A stretch of 64,000 bases of DNA from Felis catus (Eukaryota), in assembly GCF_018350175.1 (NCBI RefSeq), contig NC_058368.1, forward strand, positions 167,960,001 to 168,024,000, in the 5' to 3' direction. This document shows positions 39,721 to 53,095 of this stretch, in pieces. Both the position numbers and the translations under genes were made by a program. Under the pieces are notes generated by a model. The model worked only from the letters and a program-made list of their open reading frames with translations, did not search any database and was not told the origin of the DNA. Numbering within the stretch: the first letter of the stretch is position 1; every line of letters starts with the position of its first letter.

Positions 39721-41336
39721 TTTTGTTGTTCTTTAATAAATGTTTTGGACCCCCTTTTTAACTTAATGGAATCCATAGATTACTTTGTTTTAAATCCTGT
39801 CCCAAATATTATTTCTACTATTTAAGTTAATTGATTGATTCATAATATCAGATTAAAGTGGTATAGATTGAGAAAATGATATGATGTTTATAGTTTTAGA
39901 ATGAAGATCATATTACCACAACCATGGCCTCAATAAATCAGAAGTTGGGGGTCTTTCTAAATTGCAAAGAGCTGTGTTTTGCATTTGACCAAAGATAAAA
40001 TACACAGTAAAATGTATTGATATCAACTAGACTTAGAAAATGACAAGTTATTTATTTATATTCTGCTTACTTAACAAAAGAATTGGCAGTAGCTTAAAAT
40101 GAAAGTAAATGTTCATTTTAGCTAGTTATAAGACAATGAGATGATGACTTTGCTCTAAAAGGAAAACAAATGCTTAAAATAAGCTTCCTTTCCAAAAGCC
40201 AAGTTATGTAAGATATTCAAAGTCACTATAATAAAGCACCAGAATCAAAATATCTTTTCCTGTTAAAAATTATCAGTCTTCATTTGTACAGTGGAATATC
40301 AGTACTAATTAATTTTGAGGTTTATTCATACACTTTGGGGACAATAATCACAGAAAGCTACCCCAAATCCTAGCTATATGTTCTAATATACTGAAAATAG
40401 AAAAAAAAATTATCTCAGTAAAATATATTTTGCTATAGTTTTGATTTAATTATAGCCCCTATCTCAAAGCTGTTGGAAAACATGACAATGCAGCAAATCA
40501 GCATAAAATGAATACATAATAAGTGCCTAAAGCCCCATGCCAGAATTCCTCATCATCATAAATTTAAAAATGACATTGTTTGGTACTTTATTTAAAAATA
40601 GTAAAAATGGTGAAGATATTACTTTACATCTTGGGAAACAAAATAGAAAACTTTATATTTTAGTTTCTCTAAACCAAACTTTCAAAATGATAAGAATTAC
40701 ATATTTAGGTATAATAAAATCTTGAATTATGAATAAGCATTTAGAAATCTGACACTGCCTTTTAAAACTGCAGTGGATATTATGACTGCTGTCTAGGAGC
40801 CACCCCAAACACAGCTGCCGCTATGAGTTTTGATCATTTGGAGCTTCTAGACTCACTCAAAAGGCAGTTTATTTATAAAAAGACAATGTGGACTTAGTTG
40901 TCAACTTTCATATCTGGCTGTGGGAAGGATATGGGGAAACAGATACACATGTGGCAGGAGCATAAATTATCAACATCATTCTGGAATGTAGTCTGGTATT
41001 ATTCATCCCTTCATTTTATATACTTAAGGACCACCATACATGGCCTAGGGATATTCTGGATCCTAGTGATATAGGATGAACAAAACTAAGAAAACTTTCA
41101 GTGACTGTGTCCTATGACACAGAAATTCTATTACTGCAAACATAAATAGAATAGGTTAAATAAAATTATGGTATCCAGATGCACACATGTAATAGGATGA
41201 TACATATTTTCCTTGACATGTCAAGATTTCAAGAAACAGTCACAAATAAGAATATGTCACAAATAAAGTCACAAAGCAGAATGAATAACATGGACACTTC
41301 TATATTACGGCTTTTTAATATTTCTTCCATATTCTT

Positions 41337-41553
41337 TTTTTTTTAATTTTTTAATGTTTATTTATTTTTGAGACAGAGAGAGACAGAGCATGAACGGGGG
41401 AGGGTCAGAGAGAGGGAGACACAGAATCCGAAACAGGCTCCAGGCGCCGAGCTGTCGGCACAAAGCACGACGCGGGGCTCAAACTCACGGACAGCGAGAT
41501 CATGACCTGAGCTGAAGTCAGCCGCCCAACTGACTGAGCCACCCAGGCGCCCC
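41337..41553 (-). mobile_element. Felid SINE, fairly young
   Basis: Perfect TSD tcttccatattctt (41323-41336 / 41554-41567); many CpGs retained. Confidence 0.95.
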
Positions 41554-41814
41554 TCTTCCATATTCTTAAATTGGTTTAGATTTAATATCTTTCTTTCAAA
41601 ACATTAATTACCAAAAGATTTGTAGGAATAAGGAGATAATTTCTGAGGTTTTGTGGGCATGAGATTTTTATCATGAAAGTTGACTATCAGACATTAAATA
41701 TGTAAGAATATAAAGGTAGAGTGCAGATTTGGTAATGTAGGAGTGATTTGGTTTAGATATTTGGGGCAATAAAGCAACTATAAAATTTGTAACAATGTAT
41801 CAGTAGATATGGAG

Positions 41815-42020
41815 CATTATAGCACAGAACTTGGAATCAGAGGTCTAGGTTCACACATGGTTTTGTCTTGTGATGTATGACCATGAACCAGATTATTTAA
41901 CCTCTATGGTCTATGACCTTAACAATAAAATGGAGATAATGGCTTCACAGGATTATTGTGAAGATAAATGGTATAATACACATACAGTGATTCATACTCA
42001 TAAGCACTCAATTATTATTT
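41815..42020 (+). mobile_element. MIR
   Basis: 'ttggaatcagaggtctaggttc...ttatttaacctct...taaaatggagataat...cacaggattattgtgaagataaatg...taagcactcaa'. Confidence 0.75.
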
Positions 42021-42135
42021 CAGTTGTTAGCCATTATTAATACTTCTAAATCAGAAAATATGTATTTGTAAAATATTTTAAGGGTTTTTTTTCTTTAGTA
42101 TTTTCTTACTAAATTTAAATTAAATTACATCTTTA

Positions 42136-42367
42136 GGGGGCATCTGAGTGGCTCAGTTGGTTAAGCGTCCGACTTCAGCTCAGGTCATGGTCTCACAGTT
42201 CCTAAGTTTGAGCCCCACATTGGGCTCTGTGCTGACAGCTCAGAGCCTGGAGTCTGCTTCAGATTCTCTATCTCCCTCTCTCCCTGACCCTCCCCAACTT
42301 GTGCTCTGTCTTTCTCTCTCAAAAATAAACATTAAATTTTTTTTTTAAATTAAAAAGATTTTAAAAA
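42136..42367 (+). mobile_element. Can-SINE
   Basis: Head, CT tract, tail. TSD aattacatcttta / aattaaatcttta. Confidence 0.92.
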
Positions 42368-43125
42368 ATTAAATCTTTAGTATTTTATTATTAAATATTA
42401 AAATTATTGGCATGAGAATGTTCCTCTTTCCAATACAGGAGGCTCATGTTTAATCAAATTTCACGACTAGGTGTTAAGCAGAAGAGATTTCTCATGCCAT
42501 GGTTTTGATATAGTGCTGTGCCCAGAGATGGAACTTAGCATACAGAAATTTATGGACTCACATGGTCTACAATAAACTCCTATAAAAACATCTATGAAGC
42601 ACTCTTTGTCATCATTTATGGCATGAAAATAGACACCTGGCCTATGATCTTTACCAATTTAAGCATATCTTAGATGGAACACAATGTTACCAATGATTTA
42701 CATGTTTTGAAATATTTTCTCAACAATACAATTTTAAGACTTTTTCTGTCTACACACTTAACTCCTACAGGAAATTACAGAATGCCCATCTAACTATTGA
42801 CACTTGGAAAGTGAATTATGAATAGATGGCTGCAATAGACAGAATAAGCATCCAGGGCTTTAGAGACATATCCCAGAGGAATCTAGATCTCTCTCCTAAA
42901 TATCCAGTAAGGAAATGGAGATTTATCAAAACAGACAGGTAAGCTATCAACCACCCAAAAGCATTTTACAAATGCCTTCAAAACCCAAAGTCTATTCAAG
43001 AGATCAGATATACAAATGAAAAACTTAGGAAAAAAAAAATGTTTGACATAATGTAAGATAAATAAAATTTAAATTTGTTTTAAAAAATTTTGTTTTGTAC
43101 TAAACTATTAAAATTTCACATCAGA

Positions 43126-43372
43126 GGGGCGCCTGGGTGGCGCAGTCGGTTAAGCGTCCGACTTCAGCCAGGTCACGATCTCGCGGTCCGTGAGTTCGAG
43201 CCCCGCGTCAGGCTCTGGGCTGATGGCTCAGAGCCTGGAGCCTGTTTCCGATTCTGTGTCTCCCTCTCTCTCTGCCCCTCCCCCGTTCATGCTCTGTCTC
43301 TCTCTGTCCCAAAAATAAATAAACGTTGAAAAAAAAAATAAAAAAAAAAATAAAAAAAAATAAAAAAAAAAT
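43126..43372 (+). mobile_element. Very young felid SINE (SINEC_Fc-type)
   Basis: CpGs intact, long A tail, perfect TSD aaaatttcacatcaga (43110-43125 / 43373-43388). Confidence 0.97.
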
Positions 43373-44075
43373 AAAATTTCACATCAGAAATAAACTTTCA
43401 AAACAAAATGCTTTAAGATAACTTGTACAAAATATCAATGCCAATAGTATCTTTGCATTGTGAAATTAATGATTTTCATAATGGTGTGTCTTTAATGTAA
43501 TAGAAGAAATTAACATCATAAGTTTCATTATGAAAATTTCAACATGAAATTCTTTTCATGTTAAGAATTTACCAAGAGTTAGTTTCCCATAGTTCTAAAA
43601 TGTAGTTTTAAGTGTCTCAAAAACACATTTTTTTAACGTCTTTCCCATTTAAAGTTCCCAAAGACTTATAAATTTTTAACTCCATCTCCCCAGGCTGTAT
43701 AAATTCTCTTTTTGGAGGCTTTCTGATGCATGGATTTGATCTATATACAATTTAGCTAAAAATTAAATGCATAATCTTCAAAAACTCTAAATCTTTTCCA
43801 GTTGTGCTGTTGAAGATGAAAGAACTTGTATACAAATGTTTAAAAGTATATAAACCTTCCTATGAAAGATGGAAAACAAGAGGCTCAGTACTTTTTCTTA
43901 AATCTGTCCAAAGGGATTTTGTTAAAATAGTATGCTTAAACTTTCAGCAATCTCATTACAATAGATATTTCACTGGCAACAAAAAGGTTCCACTGTCAGA
44001 GTAATAGTCAATAATAATTTTACTGCTACTAAAAAATGGCATTATTAATTGGTACTTTAAAAATCTTTTGAAATA

Positions 44076-44176
44076 GGGGCACCTGACTGACTCAGTTGGT
44101 GACTCTTGATCTTGGGAGTGTGGGTTTGAGCCCAATATTGTGTGTAGATTACTTAAAAAAATAAAATCTTAAAAAA
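44076..44176 (+). mobile_element. Short Can-SINE
   Basis: ggggcacctgactgactcagttgg...gattacttaaaaaaataaaatc. Confidence 0.85.
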
Positions 44177-46759
44177 CTCAAATTAATTACACATCTATTA
44201 TCTTAGTTTATACTTGAAAACACTGTGTATGTGGTTTTATTTTCATTTGATAATTGCGAGGACTGAGTTGTAGGGATATTAAGTCCTGGGGGCAACAATA
44301 TTATATGTTGTGATAGTAATAAGTTAGTAAAGGAATGAGACCAGGTTACTAGTTCCTATATCTAGGACCTCTCTGCTAGATAATGCCAGTAACATTAGTG
44401 AGCATTCAATAGCTGGTAATTTGCCAAATATTTACCTATTTAATTCTGTGATATATTACTCCATTCTACCATTTTCCATTTTCCAAATTCAGAAATAGGA
44501 GCACATCCTTACTGTTATATCCAGTAAGTGGCAGATTTAAACTGAGGTTGGCATGATTATGATTACAAAGTGTGTGCTTTTTCTCTAAGAGAATAAACTT
44601 AAAGCTAGAAATAATTCAGAATCTATGATATGCACTCCTTCCCTACTAGTTATCTACACGGACACTTTCTTATATGAGAAAAGGGAGGGGAATGGAACTC
44701 AAAACACCAGGTAAATCTGGGCCAGGTCTGTAGCTTCTTACTATTCCGATATTTCTACACCCCTTCCTAAAACTGAATTCCTAGCCTAATGCTTTGAGAT
44801 ACTTCCACAAAAGTTGTCTCTGGAGACAAAAGTAAGCTAGGAGAAGGGCAGACTTTAGGAAGAAAAACACTCACTATATTTGATGATTATTTAGCTGAAT
44901 ACTGACAAGAGCCAAAAACATTGTTTGCCAGAATGCAGAGACTTTCCAAACAAAAAAGACAGACTTCGTTCAAATCAGCTGAAAAAACTGATTTGGGTCA
45001 CAATGCATATAAGCACAGTAAAAGCTCTGAACAGTATTGCAGGCCCATTTCACTTGACTTGACCAAGTATTTTCCCAAGTGTAAATTGTTCTGGGGAACA
45101 ACTTCTGATATTTCAAACTTGACTGTAATAATAATCTACACTATGCTTTTTTTTTCCCTTTTTACAATAATTACTACATAGAGGAATATTTATTTAGTAC
45201 ATTATCCACTAGGTACAGACCTATAGTGCATTTACTAAAGGTATAGACAAAGACTAGCTCCAGGGCAGATGAGGCTAAATGGCATAATCTCTGGATATTA
45301 AATCTGGCAGGGCCTTAAGGGTTTTATCATCCTTTCATTTACATATGAAGAAGCAAGAGCCTAGAGGGATTGAGGACCTGCTCCCACATCACTGGACCCT
45401 GGAAAGTGGCTGCACTGCCAATGAGTGGTGGCCTCTCCTCATCGGATTTGGCCATGGTGCTTTAGCAGGAGGACGTGTCAGAAGCTTTTTATCCAGCACT
45501 TCCCTGGCATTCTCTGCAGATCTGGTCCAGAGCCACCAGGCTAAGCAGGAGTAGCTACGGGCACTGAAAAATATTGCCTCAGGATGCTGTTGTTCTGCTT
45601 TTTTGCTATGCTGCTTTGTTCTCCAGAGGAACCATCACAAACATCATGGTCAGGTTGCAATTTTGAGCATGAAATGTTTGCAGTGGGAATATCAGGCAGG
45701 TGTCTGACATCTTAGATATTTGTTTCTAGACTAATATACCCACAATTTCCCCCCAACTACTATATTGACAGGCATTTATGACACTCGAGAGTATTTCTAA
45801 ATTTTATAAGGATAATTTGCAGGGGGGGAGGGGGGATCAAGTGCTTTTCATCATATCTACATAGGGAGTGATTTTACACTCTACACAGGGGAAATAAATA
45901 TATATACCTTGGAACTCAGGAGGAAATCGTCAGTATATATGTACTACTATTTGCTAAGTATATATCTACATTTTACCTAAATATCACTATCCCCAAATAT
46001 GTGTATATAGAGACATTGCACAGCTAAAAAATATATTGACTGGTATTAGTAAATTCTACTTCATGCCATTTTTCAGTTAGATGGAAATTAAAGTTTTTCT
46101 TAGAATTAATTCAGTAACTATATTACTTAGGAAATTAATCTGGTTTGCATTATAAATGGCAGAGAGATATAGTGAGATCACATGGACGTCCCTTTGGTGT
46201 TCACCCAATCCATTATTTGATATACTAAGCTCTCAGCCACCCATCTCTAATAAGAGTCTACGGAACACACAGCACTTTTTAGCCTATTTTTTTCACCAGA
46301 CAGAATGTGTCACATGCCAGCAAATTCAATAATCTCTTACAGATTAGTACCTTAGCCACTCAACTCTCACTATTAGTTACACTTCTGAAAATCCTTTTCA
46401 GAAAACTACCTTCCCAAAGACTCATTCATCACGGAAAGCAACGACCTCTGACTTCTACATTTAAATCTCTAAATTCACCCATCACTCTCTCAAAGACACA
46501 GCCTTCTTTGGTTTTAATTTTTCTCGTTCCATCCTCGCCTTCACATCCTATGCCTTCCTTCTCAATGTAAGTCAAACTCCCCCCACTTTCACCGCCACCC
46601 CCACACATATTAAACCAAGTCTGCACAACACCACCATCACCAAAAGTGGAGGTGGCAAAAGACCTTCTAAGTCCTCCCCAAGGCCCTGCCCACAGACCCA
46701 GTGCAAGGCAGGTTGAAAACCACAGACTTAAGTCTAGACATACTCAAAATAAGATGGTC

Positions 46760-46762
<3 letters not shown>

Positions 46763-46802
<40 letters not shown>

Positions 46803-46803
46803 T
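46763..46803. repeat. (ATT)n microsatellite
   Basis: About 13 ATT units. Confidence 0.95.
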
Positions 46804-49800
46804 CCCTATTTTCTGTCAATCTCTTACTCGCGCTTTTGAATTGTACCACTGAGATCATTTACGTCTTTGGCAAAAAAAAAAAAAAAAGAAAAAGAAAAAA
46901 AAAGAAAAGGTGGGGGGAGGTAGGGGAGGAAAGATAGGAGGGAGAGGGAAAGACGCAGGAAGAAAGAGTGAGATTGATTAAATGAAGGGGGCTAATTCTG
47001 GAGACGGGCCTTTCCTGCTGCCCTACTAGACCCCATACAGAGGTTGCTCTTTCTTTGACTCTTTCAACCCTAGTAACACTGAAAAGCCCGACCCTAAAAA
47101 GACTTTTCCTTTCCCATTGAGTTCTTTTTATAATCTCGATATTTAAAGGCATTAAATGAATTAGTCAAGTTTATGAAGTTACTCTACATTAGAGCTCATT
47201 TTTGTTATGTTACCATTTCCCCTAACTGACAAGAGTGTGCTAGTATTAATTTTTACTCTCCACAATTTGTTACTCTTCAAACATTGCATATAAATTGATA
47301 TCCAGGTCAAGGAATCCTGAATACTTTCATAGATATATATTTAATTAAAATCACGACTTCCATTGTTGCAGGTGTGGGCCTCCTTCAGTCATTTAAGCTC
47401 TCTAGACTTTATTTTTCCTACTTAAAAAAAAAAGCCAGGGGAAATGCTACTTATGCATAAAACACTTTGAGCTCCCCAGATGAAAGCCCGCATATATAAG
47501 TGTGATGCGTGTTTATTGCCTCTTCTCTGATGAAAAGTGGCAGCCTTCTGCTTGAAATGGGATTAGAAATTCTGACTATAACAGAGAAGAGAGAAGCACA
47601 AATGAGTAACAAGCAGTCAGAATAAATAAAATTGAAAAGATGGAGAGCACTCCTTTTACAAAAGGAACATCAGTTGTGAAACTTGTGGTTTAATTTGGTA
47701 TGCTTTCCACTTTTAAAAAATTGGGCTCAACTGCATGTATAATGAGCTACAAGCAGAAGGTACATTCAGTAGTACATGAATAAAAAATGACCTTTTCATT
47801 TGCTCTTCCGTAGCTTGGCATTCCTATATTATTAAAATATAATGTATTAAAGATTAAGTAAGCATATTAGCATACAGACATCATACTTATGTGGCCATGG
47901 ATACGAGGGCTATACAACATAAAGCTAGAAATCCAGCTATATAAAATTCATATTTTTAAAAGTATAGGTATCAATTAAAAAGAACACAAACTTTTCTAAC
48001 AACAAAGTTGGCAATTCTACCAAGGATGAAAAAGAAAGGAATGAGAGGAGAATCTCCAAAGTGAGCCACAAAAAAGAATCACAAACTATTCAACAGCTGG
48101 GAGTAAGCTGGATTCTATGTTCTAGGGAACATATTAAATAGATAAACTCCCTAGCCTAATGAACCTAGTATTCTCAATCTAGGATTTAAAATGCTAAGGC
48201 AATTTTCATGCCAACATTTTGGAGGGGGGCAACAGCCATTTATTAAATATTCTGGTATTTATTCTAAATTTTCTATGGCTTATTTTCCTTTCTCACTTTT
48301 TCTTTTTGACGTTATAACATACAAATTTATAGAATATTAAGATTGCACAAAGGTGTGACTGCAAAAACATAAAAACATAAAATTACTACATTTCCAAAGG
48401 ACAGGGCTTTCTTTTCACCTCATTATTATGTAAGCAATACAGGTTCATAAAAGAAAAATTAGAGTTCAGGAAAATAAAAAGAGAAAAAAGAAATAATCCT
48501 ATGAGTCTAATGCAGTCACCAGTCACTGCTTATATATTTCCTCTTATTGTTTTCTAATAATGCAGCTTTTTGTGTTTGTGTATGTGTGGGTTTTTCTCTC
48601 TTTTATCTCATACACTGTTGGAGACACAATGTTTTATCACGCTCTTTTCAGTTAGTATGTCAAGAAACATTTTACACCCAAAGCATGCGTTTCTGTTTTA
48701 TTTAAAGTTCATTTTTTCATTTCAAAAAATTGCTTTATCCATCACAATGGAAAGTTGACATTCCCCAGAACTTTGTCATTTGTCCTACAGACTGTTCCCC
48801 AATGGCTTGAGAAATGATGGTGATGGTCTTATTTGGAACACTCTGAGAAAAGGAGATGCTGCAATGAATTGGTTATCTAAACCTAGAGAGGCACCATCAT
48901 TTCTCCTAGTCAGCTATTCAAGAATTTAGCCTCCTGTCTCATTTGCAAGCAAGCCTGAGGTGAGTTTCAGTACAAAGCATAGGCCATTCAGTAATCTTAG
49001 TTTAATGTGGCTTTTAAAGACCTGAACTGTCAATCCCCTACCTTCACGGCCTCTCATTCTACTGTTTTCACTTGAGGAGATAAGAAGCCCAGTCTTTGAA
49101 CTATATTCCTAATCTGTCACAGCCGTGAGTGAATGATCTGTATGTGTACCCACAATGCAACCATGTATTGGAAATTCCTTCATGCATGCATTCATTGAAA
49201 TGAATAAAATTCTTTCCTAAGTTTAAGAAAATAGGTAAGACAAAAATCAAACAAAGAGGGAAACTAAATTGAAAAGTTGATGGAAGAAGCAAACCCTTGC
49301 TTTTAAAATGATGTAAATATGAAACAGGCATTTATAACAGATATGTCTTTCTTGTTTTCCCTGTCATTCGCTTGCATAAAAAGCAACAGTGATTTTTTAA
49401 AACAGTTTGCTATGAATAAAATTTATCATCTACTGATGCATTATTTCTCACTTTCTTTTTCATATTATCTCTCAGAGATAAATGGCAATAACAAAGACAT
49501 TAAAATGACACTAAGAACAGCTTTTTATAGTTTTAATTATTTTTTTCCTTTTTGGCAATAAAAATGATGTGGTATGTTTGCATGTGTTATATATTGTGAA
49601 GCAATAATACTGTTTAAATATTCATAATTGTGGAGATAGTTTTTACTTGATATTTTAAATATGAAATAGATTGCTTCTGGTCCCTAATATTACGGCCCTG
49701 TTTATTAATATATATTGCAGGCACACCTATATTTATGTCAGTCAATCACTTACCATGCTCTTTATTCTACTCTGAAGTATTCTCCACACAGATAATATTC

Positions 49801-50399
49801 TTTTATGGGTCCATCAAGTTTCACTTTCTGAGAAATAACTTCACAATTTCTAATGTAGATAATGAGCACTCATTTTCCTACTTCTCTTGGAATCTGAGCT
49901 CATTTTAGTCTATGAAGTAAAAACTAAACTTCAGGGCAAGGGAGATCCTGATGGGTGGCAAACAACATGTGTACCCAGCCCTCCAACAGTCACAGAGCAG
50001 ACATGGCATCTATGGGTGGGTGCCCAGTGGAGGCATGGCAGGCCTCTTGAGGATGACACTTCACCTGGGTCGGCAAAGTTGGGACCTAGTCCTCAGTACT
50101 CCAGGAATGATTTTGTGCTTTTAGGGAAACTGAGAAGTCTATCTGGGATACACTCATGAAAACTCAACTCCTATAATGCTACCTTACCAATTTAAAATGA
50201 CACCTTTCTGAAATGCAAGCGGAGATGGGTGCATTCTCCCCCACATGGAAACTTACAGGTCAGAGTTTGTGAGATGGACAGTTAGACCTAAAGGGCTTGG
50301 TGTTCTTATTTCAGGGTTCCTGGGCTTAACAGTTTGGGGCAGTCTTCCTTCCCGCACCTTTCTTCCATCAAAGGTTCTCACCTGGCCTGCTTCTTTTTA

Positions 50400-51520
50400 C
50401 TTTTAATTTTAAACATCCTATCTATTTTTAGATATATATTTTAAGAGAGATTACATTTAAATGATACAGCTGTAAGACAGTGAAAATGAAGTCAGACTCC
50501 CCCACTCTTCTATCCCTAAATGCCCTGTTTCTCTCCTTGGAGGCTAGCTATCTACCCTTTAGCAATTTCATGAATAGCCTTCCACAGATAACCTATGCAT
50601 TTACAAATATACGCCATATGTGTGTATGTGTATATATACATGGGTAAGTTATATATATACATATTCATATGTATGTGTATATATATATAGTTTGTCTCCC
50701 ATAAATAGCAGTGCATACATGCTGTTTCTGCATTTCACTCTTTTTTTTTTTTTTCTTTTTTAATAGCTGAGTCACAAGATCATTGGGAGAACTTTTCTTT
50801 GGACATTTTACCAACTTCCGTCTGTTTTGTTTTTGGTTTTTTTTGTGTTTTTTGTTGTTGTTGTTGTTATTTTGTTTTGTTTTTTGTTATTTGTTTTTTT
50901 TGTAGAGCTACCCTGATTGTGTTTTTGTCCTCTAACTATGTCTTAGATAAATTTAGTTCTCCTTCTACTGGTGTCTTGGGCTTTTCTTTACTTACTCTTT
51001 TTCTGTCTTTGGCAGTTAAATACTTGGACTTTATCCCGTGAGATGTATCTACTTATCAAGACAAGTTCTGCAGGAGAAATATCTAAATCAACCTCCAATA
51101 TTAGTGGGACCAGAAAGTCTGATGGTAATTTCCCAGTGATCTTTCAGTTCTTTTTTTTTAACCTGAATAAAAAAACATGCTTATAAATTTCTTACATAGT
51201 TGGACTATATACCTCTCTAGGTATCTTTGACTAGAAACTAATTTCAGCTTTTAAGAGGCCTAGAGCATCTGAGATCATTCTTTTAATCCTAATGAAAATG
51301 TATAATGCCTAAAAGAAAGATGCATTTTACTTTTAAACTTCTCATATAGAACTTGTTAGTTTTACGTTGTACATACAAATAACACATACAGTAAGCATCC
51401 TTAAATATTATTTTACACACATGGTTATTTGTTAGATAAGTACCTCAAAGTAGAATTCCAGGTCAAAAGGTATATACATTTTTTATTTGGAAAGTATTGC
51501 CAAGTACTTTCTCATATTTT
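50400..51520 (-). mobile_element. Highly decayed L1ME-like fragments
   Basis: Antisense old-L1 motifs such as 'gtagaattccaggtcaaaaggtatatacatt'. Boundaries uncertain. Confidence 0.45.
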
Positions 51521-52365
51521 ATAATGGTAAAAACTTGAAATTCGAAAACACAATGTAGCAATTGACCCTTTCCATGTTGTAACTATAGAATGATTTACTA
51601 TGAATTTTTACAGAGGAGGAAGACAATTCAAAATTAATAAATTCTGCTTCTAGTTAACCTCTTACTCTCGAAGCTAATAATTCAAGGTATATGTTTGATT
51701 CCTATCCCTAGATAGGAAAACAAGAAAACTACTTGGATTGAACCTGAAAGAAAGGATTTTAAATCTCAGTTTTAAAAGAGTCCTTCTTTCCAGTAGCCTT
51801 CAAATTGTAGGGCAAAATTCCTCTCAAGGAAGAGGTGATGAGGAAAAAAAAAGAAAAAGGAAAGGAAAAAAAATGAGAAAAATGAAATAAAACCACCAGG
51901 ACTTGAGCTAGAAATCCTATGGTTACCAATACATCTCATATGAGAAAGGAAGGGCTACCAAAGAAAAAATGGACAGTACCTGAGGAACGAATGGCTTCAT
52001 AAGAGACAGAGAACTACTGAAAGTCAGGTTCCTGGCAGGGATTTTTACTTTATACCGTTGCTGATGAGAACGTCTTCCAAATGCTAAGAAGGGAAAGAAT
52101 GGAAGAGAAACTGGGCAGACCTAGGCTCTGAAACTCAAAATGCTTTTCCTGGGGGACATCATGAAATTGATTATAAGGAGGGTTATGAAATCTTAGAAAT
52201 CACTCAAAGTCTGCAAACTACTACTGTTTGTTATTAACCAAGTCACTATGTTGGCCAATGAAAGAAGCATTTTAAATCTCTAAGACATAATAGCCATTAA
52301 TGTTAATTTATGTAACAGGTAAGTTAAATATTTGGTTATCTTTTAAATCTTTTTTTACTTAAGAA

Positions 52366-52570
52366 GGCGCCTGGGTGTCTCAGTCAGTTAAGTGTCTGAC
52401 TTCAGCTCAGGTCATGATCTTGCAGTCCATGAGTTTGAGCCACGTGTCAGGCTGTGTTGACAGATCAGAGCCTGGAACCTGCTTGGATTTGGTGTCTCCC
52501 TCCCTCTCTGCCCCTCCCCTGCTCAGTCTCTCTCTCTCAAAAATAAATAAAAATTAAAAAAAAAAAAAAA
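52366..52570 (+). mobile_element. Can-SINE
   Basis: ggcgcctgggtgtctcagtcagttaag head, CT tract, A tail. Confidence 0.92.
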
Positions 52571-52585
52571 GAAGTTTGGCATATA

Positions 52586-52898
52586 GGGGTACCCAGGTGG
52601 CTCAGTTTGTTGTGCAACTGATTTGATTCCAACTCTTGATTTCAGCTCAGATCGTGATCTCATGGTCATTAGACTGAGCCCCACAACAGGCTCCACACTA
52701 GGTGTGGAACCTGCTTGAGATTCTCTCTTCCCCCATTATCTCTTTCTCTCTCTCTCTCTCTCTCTCTCCCTCCCTCCCTCTCTCAGAAGAAGAAGAAGAA
52801 GAAGAAGAAGAAGAAGAAGAAGAAGAAGAAGAGGAGGAAGAGGAGGAGGGGGAGGAGGATGAAGAGGAAGAAGAAGAAGCAGCAGTAGTAGTGGTAGT
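52586..52898 (+). mobile_element. Can-SINE whose tail is replaced by a triplet array
   Basis: TSD agtttggcatata (52573-52585 / 52899-52911) encloses the head, a (CT)n tract and the GAA/GAG/GTA repeats. Confidence 0.88.
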
Positions 52899-52900
52899 AG
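52786..52900 (+). repeat. Compound triplet repeat (GAA)15-(GAG/GAA)-(GCA)2-(GTA/GTG)
   Basis: Read directly from the sequence. Confidence 0.95.
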
Positions 52901-52989
52901 TTTGGCATATATACTTGGCCTGGTCTCATGCGTACATGTACATGACCCCACCATCGTATCACATACTTAAAATAAAAGCATTGATCATA

Positions 52990-53095
52990 GTGCTTGCTTC
53001 GGCAGCACATATACTAAAACCGGAACAGTACAGAGAAGATTAGCATGGCCCCTGCACAAGGATGACATAGAAATTCGTGAAGCTTCCATGTTTTT
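52990..53095 (+). pseudogene. RNU6: Full-length U6 snRNA retrocopy (5' half of a U6-L1 chimera)
   Basis: gtgcttgcttcggcagcacatatactaaaac...acagagaagattagcatggcccctgc...aaattcgtgaagcttccatgtttt matches U6 with several substitutions. It sits inside a TSD shared with the L1 tail, so it lacks the native upstream Pol III promoter. Confidence 0.95.

Noticed and set aside
43523..43570. Short AT-rich hairpin (AACATGAAA-ttct-TTTCATGTT)
   Set aside because: A 9-bp AT-rich stem is too short for a miRNA or MITE call and is expected by chance.
52702..53043. Poly-Glu / poly-Leu / poly-Phe ORFs
   Set aside because: These are translations of the GAA/GAG microsatellite and SINE.
52990..53095. Functional U6 snRNA gene
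   Set aside because: Has substitutions and a deletion relative to U6, is fused to L1, is flanked by TSDs, and lacks its native upstream promoter.
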